Shown here piece after piece: positions 18,614 through 27,026 of a DNA stretch of 64,000 nt. Position 1 is the first letter of the stretch, and each line of letters starts with the position of its first letter. Where the stretch lies: contig CAZTXT010000001.1 in the NCBI GenBank assembly GCA_964617735.1, positions 459,589 through 523,588 on the forward strand, given 5' to 3'. The notes under the pieces were generated by a model, which was not told where the DNA came from, searched no databases, and saw only the letters and a list, made by a program, of their open reading frames with translations. Position numbers and translations under genes: made by a program. This DNA is from an uncultured Candidatus Saccharibacteria bacterium. Lineage in GTDB: Bacteria > Patescibacteriota > Minisyncoccia > Phycocordibacterales > DSPV01.

Positions 18614-19612
18614 ATGCAGTCGCCCCAGGTTATCGATTCTTTACCTCGCCTTATCTCTTTTTGGCGCGCCTCTCCTCGGCTGCGCTTGAGCGTTTATCTT
18701 GCGGGTCTCGCGCTCTGTATCATCGCGATATACGCCGATAGGCCGCCGACGCTCTTCGCTGAAAAGACTTTGGTAACCGTAACGAAAAATTCAACTATCA
18801 ACGCCGTTGCACACGAACTTGCAATGGAGCATATCATCACCTCGCCACTCGCTTTCAATATCCTCGTACATATTTTCAATCCCAAGCATGGTGTACTCTC
18901 GGGGACGTACTATTTTTCCCAACCCGTTGACGCGCTGACCGTCGCCTACCGGCTCTCCCAGGGAAAATTCGGTCTTGCTCCCCTAAAGCTCACCATACCG
19001 GAAGGGTCGAATGTCTTTCAGATAGAGAAGCTCCTGGAGCGCGCGCTCCCTAATTTTGATGGAGCTTCTTTCGTCGAGCATGCAAAGCCCGAGGAGGGAT
19101 ATCTGTTTCCCGATACCTACCGTTTCTCGCCGACCGAGACTCCTGATGAGATTATCGCGACGATGAAAGAGAATTTCGAGCAAAAGATAGCTTCGATACA
19201 TGATGAGATCGCGGCGTTCGGAAAGCCTGTGCGTGATGTCATTATCATGGCTTCGTATCTTGAGGAGGAGGCACGTCTGATGCAGACGCGGCGTATGGTT
19301 GCGGGCATTTTGTGGAAACGTTTGAAACTTGGCATGCCGCTTCAGATAGACGCCGCATTCCAATACGTCAATGGCAAGAGCACACCAGAGCTTACCCTCG
19401 ATGATCTTAAAATTGATTCGCCTTACAACACGTATCTCTATAAAGGTTTTACGCCCGGCCCTATATCGAATCCTGGTCTCGACTCCATCATGGCCGCCAT
19501 CACCCCCATCCAGAGCCGATATTTTTATTTTCTGACGGATAAAGAGGGAAACATGCATTACGCGGTGACGCTCGATGAGCATATCGCGAACAAAGCGCAA
19601 TATTTGAAATAA
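18614..19612 (+). CDS. mltG: endolytic murein transglycosylase MltG (YceG-like)
   Basis: N-terminal TM helix; YceG motifs 'YLFPDTYRF' and 'GMPLQIDAAFQY'. Confidence 0.85.
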   Translation: MQSPQVIDSLPRLISFWRASPRLRLSVYLAGLALCIIAIYADRPPTLFAEKTLVTVTKNSTINAVAHELAMEHIITSPLAFNILVHIFNPKHGVLSGTYYFSQPVDALTVAYRLSQGKFGLAPLKLTIPEGSNVFQIEKLLERALPNFDGASFVEHAKPEEGYLFPDTYRFSPTETPDEIIATMKENFEQKIASIHDEIAAFGKPVRDVIIMASYLEEEARLMQTRRMVAGILWKRLKLGMPLQIDAAFQYVNGKSTPELTLDDLKIDSPYNTYLYKGFTPGPISNPGLDSIMAAITPIQSRYFYFLTDKEGNMHYAVTLDEHIANKAQYLK

Positions 19613-19688
19613 AAAAGCCGAGCAGTGAGGGCTCGGCTTCTCATGGAGTCTTTTTGTAGATTTTCCCAACGCATGCTAACATCAGTTT

Positions 19689-20744
19689 ATGAAAAGTCAA
19701 GGAAGCGGCAAAAAGATTTTTGTCGGGATTTCCGGCGGAGTCGATTCTTCCGTCTCGGCAGCACTCTTACAAGAACGTGGCTTTGATGTTACCGGAGTTT
19801 TCATAAAGATTTGGCAGCCGGAGTGGACTCTTTGCTCGATGAAGGAAGACCGACTCGACGCGATGCGTGTCTGCGCGCATTTAGGCATACCCTTCAAGGA
19901 GATCGACCTCACCGAAGCGTATAAAAAAGACGTCGTGGAATCGATGATAGCGGAATATGCGGCGGGAAGGACACCCAATCCTGATGTGATGTGCAACCGT
20001 TCCATAAAGTTCGGCGCGTTTTTCGACTGGGCGATCGCAGAGGGAGCGGATTTCGTCGCTACCGGGCACTACGCGCGGATCGAAGACGGCGCGTTGCAGG
20101 TCGCCTCCGATCCGAGCAAAGATCAAAGTTATTTTTTGTGGACGCTGACGAAAGAACAGCTTGAGCGGATAGTGTTTCCGGTCGGCGGATTGAAGAAGAC
20201 CGAAGTGCGGAGGCTCGCGAAGAAATTTAAGCTCCCGACTGCGGAGAAAAAAGACAGCCAAGGGCTCTGCTTCGTCGGGCCAGTCGACATTAAAGAATTT
20301 CTATCCCGCTATGTACCCATAAAGCGCGGCGACGTACTTGATGAGCACGGTGAGGTGATTGGCTATCACGACGGTTCGTATTTTTTGACCATTGGCGAGC
20401 GGCATGGATTCACGATCGTTAAGAAAACGCAGCACGATAAACCGTTGTTCGTCGTTTCTAAAGACCTTGAAAAGAACCGTGTCTACGTCGGACCTAAGCG
20501 ATCGGTTTCGGATGTTTCTCCACAGCGCATTAAACTCATCTCCGAGAACTGGATTAATGGTTCTCCGGATCCTCGTAAGATCTATGAAGCGCAGATACGG
20601 TATCACGGGGAGCGTATACGGTGCCGTGTGGATGCGGGAGTCGTTAATTTTCTAGAGCGTCCTGACGCGCTCTCCTACGGGCAATCGTTGGTCTTGTATG
20701 ACCGTAAGAGATGTATTGGCGGGGGAGTTATGTACCCGTTATAA
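19689..20744 (+). CDS. mnmA: tRNA-specific 2-thiouridylase
   Basis: PP-loop 'GISGGVDSSVSAALL' and catalytic-Cys-region motifs conserved in MnmA. Confidence 0.9.
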   Translation: MKSQGSGKKIFVGISGGVDSSVSAALLQERGFDVTGVFIKIWQPEWTLCSMKEDRLDAMRVCAHLGIPFKEIDLTEAYKKDVVESMIAEYAAGRTPNPDVMCNRSIKFGAFFDWAIAEGADFVATGHYARIEDGALQVASDPSKDQSYFLWTLTKEQLERIVFPVGGLKKTEVRRLAKKFKLPTAEKKDSQGLCFVGPVDIKEFLSRYVPIKRGDVLDEHGEVIGYHDGSYFLTIGERHGFTIVKKTQHDKPLFVVSKDLEKNRVYVGPKRSVSDVSPQRIKLISENWINGSPDPRKIYEAQIRYHGERIRCRVDAGVVNFLERPDALSYGQSLVLYDRKRCIGGGVMYPL

Positions 20745-20751
20745 TACCGCT

Positions 20752-21591
20752 ATGCAAAAGTCGGTGAATATCATAAAAGCGAACGGCGAGCGAGAGCCTT
20801 TCAGTGAGAGTAAGCTCGTCAGCTCCCTTGAGCGTGCCGGAGCGGGCGCCTCGGAGGTAGTTTCTATCACCGAGCACATAAAAAAAGAATTGGAGGAAGA
20901 CATGACGACGGATCATATCTATCGGCATGCTTTCGGGGTACTGAAAGACCTTAAAAATCCGGGAGTGCTTCGACGTTACTCGCTACGCCACGCGCTCATC
21001 GAACTAGGACCGACTGGTTTCCCGTTCGAGAAATATCTATCCGAACTCTTTAAAACGCAGGGGTACGAAGTACTCACCGATCAGACGGTGATGGGACGGT
21101 GCGTCTCGCACGAGATTGATGTCATCGCGTACAACGAAAGCAAACTGCTTATGGTCGAGGCGAAATTTCACAATCAGTACGGTGAGAAGACCGATTTGAA
21201 AGTCGCTCTGTATGTGAAAGCGCGTTTCGATGACCTTGCCGAACAGCAATTCAATTATGGAAAAAGACGAGGCCTCGATGAGGCCTGGTTGGTCACGAAT
21301 ACGAAGTTCACGGAAAACGCGATTCGATATGGAGAATGTGCGGGGCTGAAAATGGTCGGTTGGAATTATCCCTCCAAGGGCAATATCCAGGAATTGATCG
21401 AAGATGCGCGGCTGCACCCGATCACTTGTCTTCCAGGTCTTTCCGTGACAGAACGCGGGTTGCTTTTAAACAGCAATATGATACTTTGTAAGCAAGTTCT
21501 TAACGCCTCATCCGCATTGACCCGATTGGGTATCGATCAGAAAAAGGCGCTTGCGCTCGAAACACAGGCGCAAGCGATCTGCGGCATATGA
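20752..21591 (+). CDS. ATP-cone domain fused to a restriction-endonuclease-like (Mrr-type PD-(D/E)XK) domain
   Basis: N-terminus 'VNIIKANGEREPFSESKLVSSLERAG' looks like an ATP-cone. The core 'GYEVL..VSHEIDVIAY..LLMVEAKFHNQ' looks like an Mrr_cat nuclease core. Start set at the internal ATG 20752, after the mnmA stop. Confidence 0.6.
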   Translation: MQKSVNIIKANGEREPFSESKLVSSLERAGAGASEVVSITEHIKKELEEDMTTDHIYRHAFGVLKDLKNPGVLRRYSLRHALIELGPTGFPFEKYLSELFKTQGYEVLTDQTVMGRCVSHEIDVIAYNESKLLMVEAKFHNQYGEKTDLKVALYVKARFDDLAEQQFNYGKRRGLDEAWLVTNTKFTENAIRYGECAGLKMVGWNYPSKGNIQELIEDARLHPITCLPGLSVTERGLLLNSNMILCKQVLNASSALTRLGIDQKKALALETQAQAICGI

Positions 21592-21633
21592 GCGTGGACC
21601 ACGGTTATCAATTTTTAACGCTTTAAGAAACGT

Positions 21634-22128
21634 ATGCAACAGAACAGCAATCAAAAGACGATCATCATCGCCACTATTGCGTTCATCGTTGGGTTCGGCC
21701 TTGCTTGGTTCATCGCGATGAACAAGTCTCCGAACGCGCCAGCGACCAGCCAGAGTACGACGTCAACCGCGTCTTCGACCGAAGCGGCAGCATCGATGCC
21801 AGAAGGCAAGAATTATGTATCGGTCAAAGACCAACCGCAGGGAGTAGCGGTCGCGCTTGAGAGCGTCGGCATGGAGAAAACCGGATGGGTCGTCATACAT
21901 GAGGACGACAATGGCGCGCCGGGCAAGATTTTGGGAGCGCAGCTATTCGATGCGGGCACGGTGGAAAACGCAACCGTTGATCTGCTCCGCGGCACCTTGG
22001 CCGGCAAGACGTATTACGCAATGATCCATCTTGATAACGGCGATCGCGCCTTCGATCCGAAGAAAGACACGCCGGTTGTAAGCGAGAGCAATGCGCCGGT
22101 GATGGTTTCCTTCAAAGCTACAGAATAA
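21634..22128 (+). CDS. hypothetical membrane-anchored protein (Ser/Thr-rich linker)
   Basis: N-terminal TM helix, low-complexity linker, then a ~100-aa domain. Terminator at 22138-22172. Confidence 0.5.
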   Translation: MQQNSNQKTIIIATIAFIVGFGLAWFIAMNKSPNAPATSQSTTSTASSTEAAASMPEGKNYVSVKDQPQGVAVALESVGMEKTGWVVIHEDDNGAPGKILGAQLFDAGTVENATVDLLRGTLAGKTYYAMIHLDNGDRAFDPKKDTPVVSESNAPVMVSFKATE

Positions 22129-22213
22129 AACATTCTAAAAACTGCTCCGTGATCCGGAGCGGTTTTGTTTTGGTTAACTTTAATCCTCTAGTGCTCTCTT
22201 GTATACTAAGGCT

Positions 22214-23059
22214 ATGGCATTAGAGAATCGACGGAGCAGAACATTCGATCCCGAAAGCAGGGAGCCGTTTAAGGTGAGCCGCTCCAAAATAGATCTTTTT
22301 CTTGAGTGTCCGCGCTGTTTTTATCTTGAAAATAGGCTCGGGGTCAAACGCCCTTCTACCTATCCCCTGACCTTAAACATTGCCGTAGACGCACTTCTTA
22401 AAAAAGAGTTCGATCTGCATCGCGCGAAGGGGGAGCCGCACCCGGCGATGAAGGCGTATGGTGTCGATGCCATACCGTATCGAGATAAGAATTTAAATAC
22501 TTGGAGGGAGCTTGATTTCGGCCGAGGTGGTATCCATGTTCTCCATTCAAAGACGGGTCTTGATGTCTATGGGATCGTAGATGATGTATGGATCAATCCG
22601 AAAGGCGAGCTTATCGTGGTGGATTATAAGGCGACTGCAAAACGGGATGCGCCAACGCTTGACGGAGACCTCGGGGCTCAATACAAGCGCCAGATGGAAG
22701 TGTATCAGTGGCTGTTGAGGCAGAGCGGCTACAGGGTCTCGGATACGGGTTTCTTCTTCTACGTCAATGGGAAAAAAGACCTTGAAGCATTTGACGGAAA
22801 GCTCGAATTCGATATAACGATACTCCCCTGTACGGGGGATACATCTTGGATCGAGCCGACACTTCTGGATATCAAAAAGACACTGGATAGAGAAGCAATA
22901 CCACCGGTCGGTCCCAAGTGTGAATATTGCGCCTATCGGGAATTTGCGGGGAAAGCATTTCGAGCGGTTGCCGTCTCCCCTGAAAAAGCGAAAACACCCG
23001 CTACGCGGAGCACGACCAAGAAAACCAATGAAAATAGCGAAACAAAAACACTCTTTTAG
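22214..23059 (+). CDS. PD-(D/E)XK nuclease, RecB/Cas4-like, with 4 Cys (CxxC...CxxC)
   Basis: Motifs 'IVDDV', 'ELIVVDYK' ((D/E)xK) and 'QMEVYQWL' (QxxxY). N-terminal 'CPRC' and C-terminal 'CEYC'. ATG 22214 is preceded by 'taagg'. Confidence 0.6.
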   Translation: MALENRRSRTFDPESREPFKVSRSKIDLFLECPRCFYLENRLGVKRPSTYPLTLNIAVDALLKKEFDLHRAKGEPHPAMKAYGVDAIPYRDKNLNTWRELDFGRGGIHVLHSKTGLDVYGIVDDVWINPKGELIVVDYKATAKRDAPTLDGDLGAQYKRQMEVYQWLLRQSGYRVSDTGFFFYVNGKKDLEAFDGKLEFDITILPCTGDTSWIEPTLLDIKKTLDREAIPPVGPKCEYCAYREFAGKAFRAVAVSPEKAKTPATRSTTKKTNENSETKTLF

Positions 23060-23300
23060 TGAGCGTGTGCGAGCGATCGTAGCGGCGATCCCGCGGGGCA
23101 GGACTATGACGTATGGAGAGGTTGCCCGCCGAGCCGGCTCGCCGGGTGCTTCGCGGGCAGTGGGCACTATCATGAAAAAGAATTACGATCCTTCGATTCC
23201 ATGCCACCGCGTTCTGCGTTCTGACGGTACGATAGGAGATTACAATCGCGGCGGTCCTCGACGCAAATTGCAGCTATTGCGAGCGGAGGGTGCTATATAA
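23028..23300 (+). CDS. MGMT-family DNA-binding/alkyltransferase domain protein (stand-alone Ogt C-terminal domain, 'PCHRV' active site)
   Basis: 'TYGEVA...ASRAVGTIMKKN...IPCHRVLRSDGTIGDY' matches the O6-alkylguanine-DNA alkyltransferase C-domain. Overlaps the nuclease gene by 32 nt. Confidence 0.7.
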   Translation: MKIAKQKHSFSERVRAIVAAIPRGRTMTYGEVARRAGSPGASRAVGTIMKKNYDPSIPCHRVLRSDGTIGDYNRGGPRRKLQLLRAEGAI

Positions 23301-23347
23301 AAAGTCCCACAGTTTCTCGCTGCGAGACTTTTGTTGTTTGCGCATCA

Positions 23348-23548
23348 TCAAGAGTTGAATTTAAGTCGCCCCAGTTCTGCTCGTAGGTAGAATTGACTAT
23401 CATACGCAATATCTACTGCTTGATTAAGCAAGATATCTTCGTCGACATCGGGATCTGCATGACCGGCAAGCTCGACAAGAATCTCACGACACTTTATTCC
23501 ATAAACTCTCGTGACTTTCTCAAGGTATTTCTCATCAATCGTTTTCAT
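23348..23548 (-). CDS. hypothetical small protein (66 aa)
   Basis: Strong SD ('gagaaaggagatc' then ATG) on the minus strand. Divergent from the MazG-like gene. Confidence 0.5.
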   Translation of the reverse strand: MKTIDEKYLEKVTRVYGIKCREILVELAGHADPDVDEDILLNQAVDIAYDSQFYLRAELGRLKFNS

Positions 23549-23604
23549 GATCTCCTTTCTCTAAAGATATACTATCAAATCCTAGAATATGTGATAATAC
23601 CCCC

Positions 23605-23949
23605 ATGAACCTCAATGAATATCAAAAGTTGTGCATGAACACCGCAAAGGTCTACAACGATAGAGAAAAAGAGCTCTCGAACTATGGCTTGGGTGTCGCG
23701 GGAGAAGCGGGTGACCTGGCCGGATGCATCAAGAAGACTCTTTTTCACAAGAATGACCAAACAACAGGGATCCGCGAGAATATCGGGGATACGATGTGGT
23801 ACCTTGCCATGCTCTGCAATTATTTTGGCTGGAACTTAGAGGAGGTTCTTGGAGAGAACATCGCAAAACTAAAGACTCGGTATCCGCAGGGCTTTACCGA
23901 AAAGCATGCCGGCCGTGGGGGTACACGCGTAGATTGGAACGAGAAATAA
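23605..23949 (+). CDS. MazG-like nucleotide pyrophosphohydrolase (small all-alpha NTP-PPase)
   Basis: 'LNEYQ...GLGVAGEAGDLAG...IGDTMWYLA' matches EExxE/D-type MazG motifs. Leaderless-type promoter TGtGATAAT-N6-ATG. Confidence 0.7.
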   Translation: MNLNEYQKLCMNTAKVYNDREKELSNYGLGVAGEAGDLAGCIKKTLFHKNDQTTGIRENIGDTMWYLAMLCNYFGWNLEEVLGENIAKLKTRYPQGFTEKHAGRGGTRVDWNEK

Positions 23950-23953
23950 TGCG

Positions 23954-25840
23954 ATGGATCTAGAAACGATACGCAATCGCTATCTTAAATTCTTTGAGCG
24001 TCAGGGGCACACGATAATCCCTTCGAGTTCGCTGGTGCCTGAAAATGACCCGACGACGCTTTTCACCGGCGCAGGGATGCAGCCCCTGTTGCCGTATCTG
24101 TTGGGCCAGACACATCCGGAAGGGAAGCGGCTGGTAGACTCGCAGAAGTGCTTCCGAGCCGAAGACATGGATGAAGTTGGAGACAACCGTCACACAACCT
24201 TTTTTGAGATGCTCGGAAATTGGTCGCTGGGCGACTATTTCAAGCAGGAACAGCTTCAGTGGTTCTTCTGGTTTCTTACTGATGATCTCGAAATATCGGC
24301 GAATCGGCTCTACGTGACTGTTTTTGCAGGTGATCCAGTGCTAAATCTTCCTAAAGACACAACCTCGGCTTCGATTTGGAAGGAATTATTTACAAAAAAG
24401 GGCATCCGGGCAAAAGAAGTCGAGATCGGCTCTGTTGAGAATGGAAGCGCAACTGGTATGCAGGGCGGGCGCATCTTCTACTACGATGCGAGGAAGAATT
24501 GGTGGTCGCGCGGCGGAGCACCGGAGACAATGCCGGTCGGTGATCCTGGTGGTCCCGACTCGGAAGTCTTTTTTGAATTTGTCCACATCGCTCACGATGC
24601 GAAATACGGTAAGGAATGCCATCCCAACTGCGATTGCGGGCGATTCATGGAGATAGGAAACAGCGTGTTCATGGAATATGTCAAAAATACCGACGGTTCT
24701 TTCTCGCCGTTGCCCCAGAAAAATGTGGATTTCGGGGGAGGTCTCGAGCGGATCGCAGCTGCATTAGCCGATTCGCCCGATATTTTCAAGATAGATGTTC
24801 TGGCGAAAGGAGTAGCGGTTCTGGAAAAAATTTCGGGGAAATCCTATGAGGATGGCTTGGATGAATACAAACGGTCATTCCGTATCATTGCAGATCATAT
24901 CCGCGCGGCTCTCTTCCTTTGTGCCGACGGCGTCGCGCCTGGCAACAAAGATCGCGGTTATATCGTCCGGCGACTGGTCCGCAGAGCGCTTTTCAATGCT
25001 CGGAAACTTGGCTTAAAGGACAATATCTGGATAGCCAATATAGTGGATGTATATGCTGACTGCTATGCCGATTTTTATGCAGAAATAGATAGTCGGGGCG
25101 AGACGATTCGTACGACGCTCTTCGATGAAGCAAATAAATTCAGCGAAACGCTCGAAGCCGGACTCAAGCAATTTGAAAAGTCGGTGAAAGCCGGGAACTT
25201 AACCGCGAAGGATATTTTCGATCTGTATCAGTCCTATGGATTCCCTGAAGAATTGAGCGTTGAGCTCGCAAAGGAGCGCGGCATAACCGTCGACACCCGT
25301 GAACTGGCGGCGCACAAAGAAGAGCACCGCTCTCGTTCGCGGGTAGGTTCGGAACAAAAATTCAAAGGAGGACTTGCCGACACCAGCGACAAGTCGGTCC
25401 AGTACCATACCGCGACCCATCTTCTCAATCAGGCTTTGCGTATGGTTCTAGGAGGGCATGTGTATCAGAAGGGGAGCAATATCACTCCGGAGAGGCTCCG
25501 CTTCGACTTTCCACACGACAAGCCAATGACCGCCGAGGAAATACAGGAGGTTGAGAGAATTGTGAACGAAAAAATAGCTGAAGCGCTACCCGTCAACAAG
25601 ATCACCCTAGGCCTTGAGGAAGCGTACAATGCCGGCGCTGTTGGAGTTTTTGGTGAGCGGTATCCGGAGACGGTAACGGTCTACCGTATTGGTGATCCTC
25701 AAAAAGGATACTTCAGTCAAGAGATTTGTGGCGGGCCGCATGTTGAAAATACATCGAAACTCCTCGGACGTTTTCAGATACTGAAAGAGGAATCTATCTC
25801 GAGAGGTACGCGGAGGATAAGGGCGATCCTTGAGACATAG
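23954..25840 (+). CDS. alaS: alanine--tRNA ligase (short form lacking C-terminal C-Ala/DHHA1 region)
   Basis: Class II core 'FTGAGMQP' and 'RHTTFFEMLGNWS', editing domain 'HTATHLL...CGGPHV'. 628 aa, versus ~870 in typical bacteria. Confidence 0.9.
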   Translation: MDLETIRNRYLKFFERQGHTIIPSSSLVPENDPTTLFTGAGMQPLLPYLLGQTHPEGKRLVDSQKCFRAEDMDEVGDNRHTTFFEMLGNWSLGDYFKQEQLQWFFWFLTDDLEISANRLYVTVFAGDPVLNLPKDTTSASIWKELFTKKGIRAKEVEIGSVENGSATGMQGGRIFYYDARKNWWSRGGAPETMPVGDPGGPDSEVFFEFVHIAHDAKYGKECHPNCDCGRFMEIGNSVFMEYVKNTDGSFSPLPQKNVDFGGGLERIAAALADSPDIFKIDVLAKGVAVLEKISGKSYEDGLDEYKRSFRIIADHIRAALFLCADGVAPGNKDRGYIVRRLVRRALFNARKLGLKDNIWIANIVDVYADCYADFYAEIDSRGETIRTTLFDEANKFSETLEAGLKQFEKSVKAGNLTAKDIFDLYQSYGFPEELSVELAKERGITVDTRELAAHKEEHRSRSRVGSEQKFKGGLADTSDKSVQYHTATHLLNQALRMVLGGHVYQKGSNITPERLRFDFPHDKPMTAEEIQEVERIVNEKIAEALPVNKITLGLEEAYNAGAVGVFGERYPETVTVYRIGDPQKGYFSQEICGGPHVENTSKLLGRFQILKEESISRGTRRIRAILET

Positions 25841-25859
25841 GGTGTGTTACAATTTTTAG

Positions 25860-27026
25860 ATGTTTTCCCCTGCCAGTGTCAAAAAACGTGTTGCGGCGCA
25901 CTTTGCCATAGGATTGCGGCACGTCCAGCTCGTCGTGTATGAAGAATACCAACCTGGTCGCGCGCGGGTCGATTTTTGTCAGGCATTGAACCTCCCGCGG
26001 TATGAGCAAAAAAACGCTAAACAGGTCCGTTCCGCGGTCGCTTCAGGGGTATTCAAACTCTTAGAGAAGTATCGGGAGCCAAAGAAGGGGTTGAACCTGA
26101 AAGATCCCGAGCTGCTCGCGTTCTACATCGCTCCGCCGCTTGCCGTTTCAGGGACAGAGCCGGTGATCATCCGCAAAAAGACAGTGGCTCTCTTAACCGA
26201 AAAAGATTTGCAATCGGCGATCGAACATGCCGAGCAGTCATTCCTTGCTCGAACGAAAAAAAACGAAGAAGCGATGCCGCCGGAGGATCAGATCGTCATC
26301 ATCGAACGGGAACTCCACTCCGCGATGCTCGACGGGTACCCGGTCGACTCGTATCTGCTGCGCTCCTGCAAGGAATTCAGTGCAACGCTTACCGTCGCGG
26401 AAACCGACAACACGCTCATAGAAAAGCTCAATGATGTCTGTCGCCCTCTATTTCCCCAGACTGTTTTTAGCTTCAAAGCGCTCGAGTTGAACTTGCTTGA
26501 CGGCATCGATACGGAAAAAAATTATCTTTTGTGTTTCCTTCTCCCGCACGGCTCACACTGGGTACATGTGCAACAGGGTTTTCCGGTAGGCTTTTATTTT
26601 GATCAATTTGGATCGGAGAAGATCGCGGCAGTCGTCGCGCATAGCCTCAAGGGCACCCAAACGGTTGCGCAATCGTATGTACGGCTCTATGTGGAGAAAA
26701 AATTGCACGGCAACAGCGAATCCCGTTTCATCAAAGCGGTCGAGTCCGCCGGAGCGGAATATCTTAAGGCTATAGAGTCGGTTCGTGGCGAGTTTGGCAA
26801 CGGCTTTCTCCTTCCGAAATGCCTCTACATCATCCCTTCGGATGAGATCGACCTTCTCGTATCGCTCAAGCTCCCCGCTTCGGGATCGGATCAATACGGG
26901 CAGTATCAGCTCTCCGTCATCGACGGGAAAGATAAGATCGCGATCGAGTCATCCGAACCCTCCTGCGCTATCGGTTCGACAGCGCTTCTTATCAATCGCA
27001 CGCTTAACCACAGAAATAGCGCTTGA
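25860..27026 (+). CDS. hypothetical protein (388 aa)
   Basis: No recognised motif; weak resemblance only to actin-fold N-termini ('AIGLRHVQLVV'). Stop abuts the next ATG. Confidence 0.5.
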   Translation: MFSPASVKKRVAAHFAIGLRHVQLVVYEEYQPGRARVDFCQALNLPRYEQKNAKQVRSAVASGVFKLLEKYREPKKGLNLKDPELLAFYIAPPLAVSGTEPVIIRKKTVALLTEKDLQSAIEHAEQSFLARTKKNEEAMPPEDQIVIIERELHSAMLDGYPVDSYLLRSCKEFSATLTVAETDNTLIEKLNDVCRPLFPQTVFSFKALELNLLDGIDTEKNYLLCFLLPHGSHWVHVQQGFPVGFYFDQFGSEKIAAVVAHSLKGTQTVAQSYVRLYVEKKLHGNSESRFIKAVESAGAEYLKAIESVRGEFGNGFLLPKCLYIIPSDEIDLLVSLKLPASGSDQYGQYQLSVIDGKDKIAIESSEPSCAIGSTALLINRTLNHRNSA

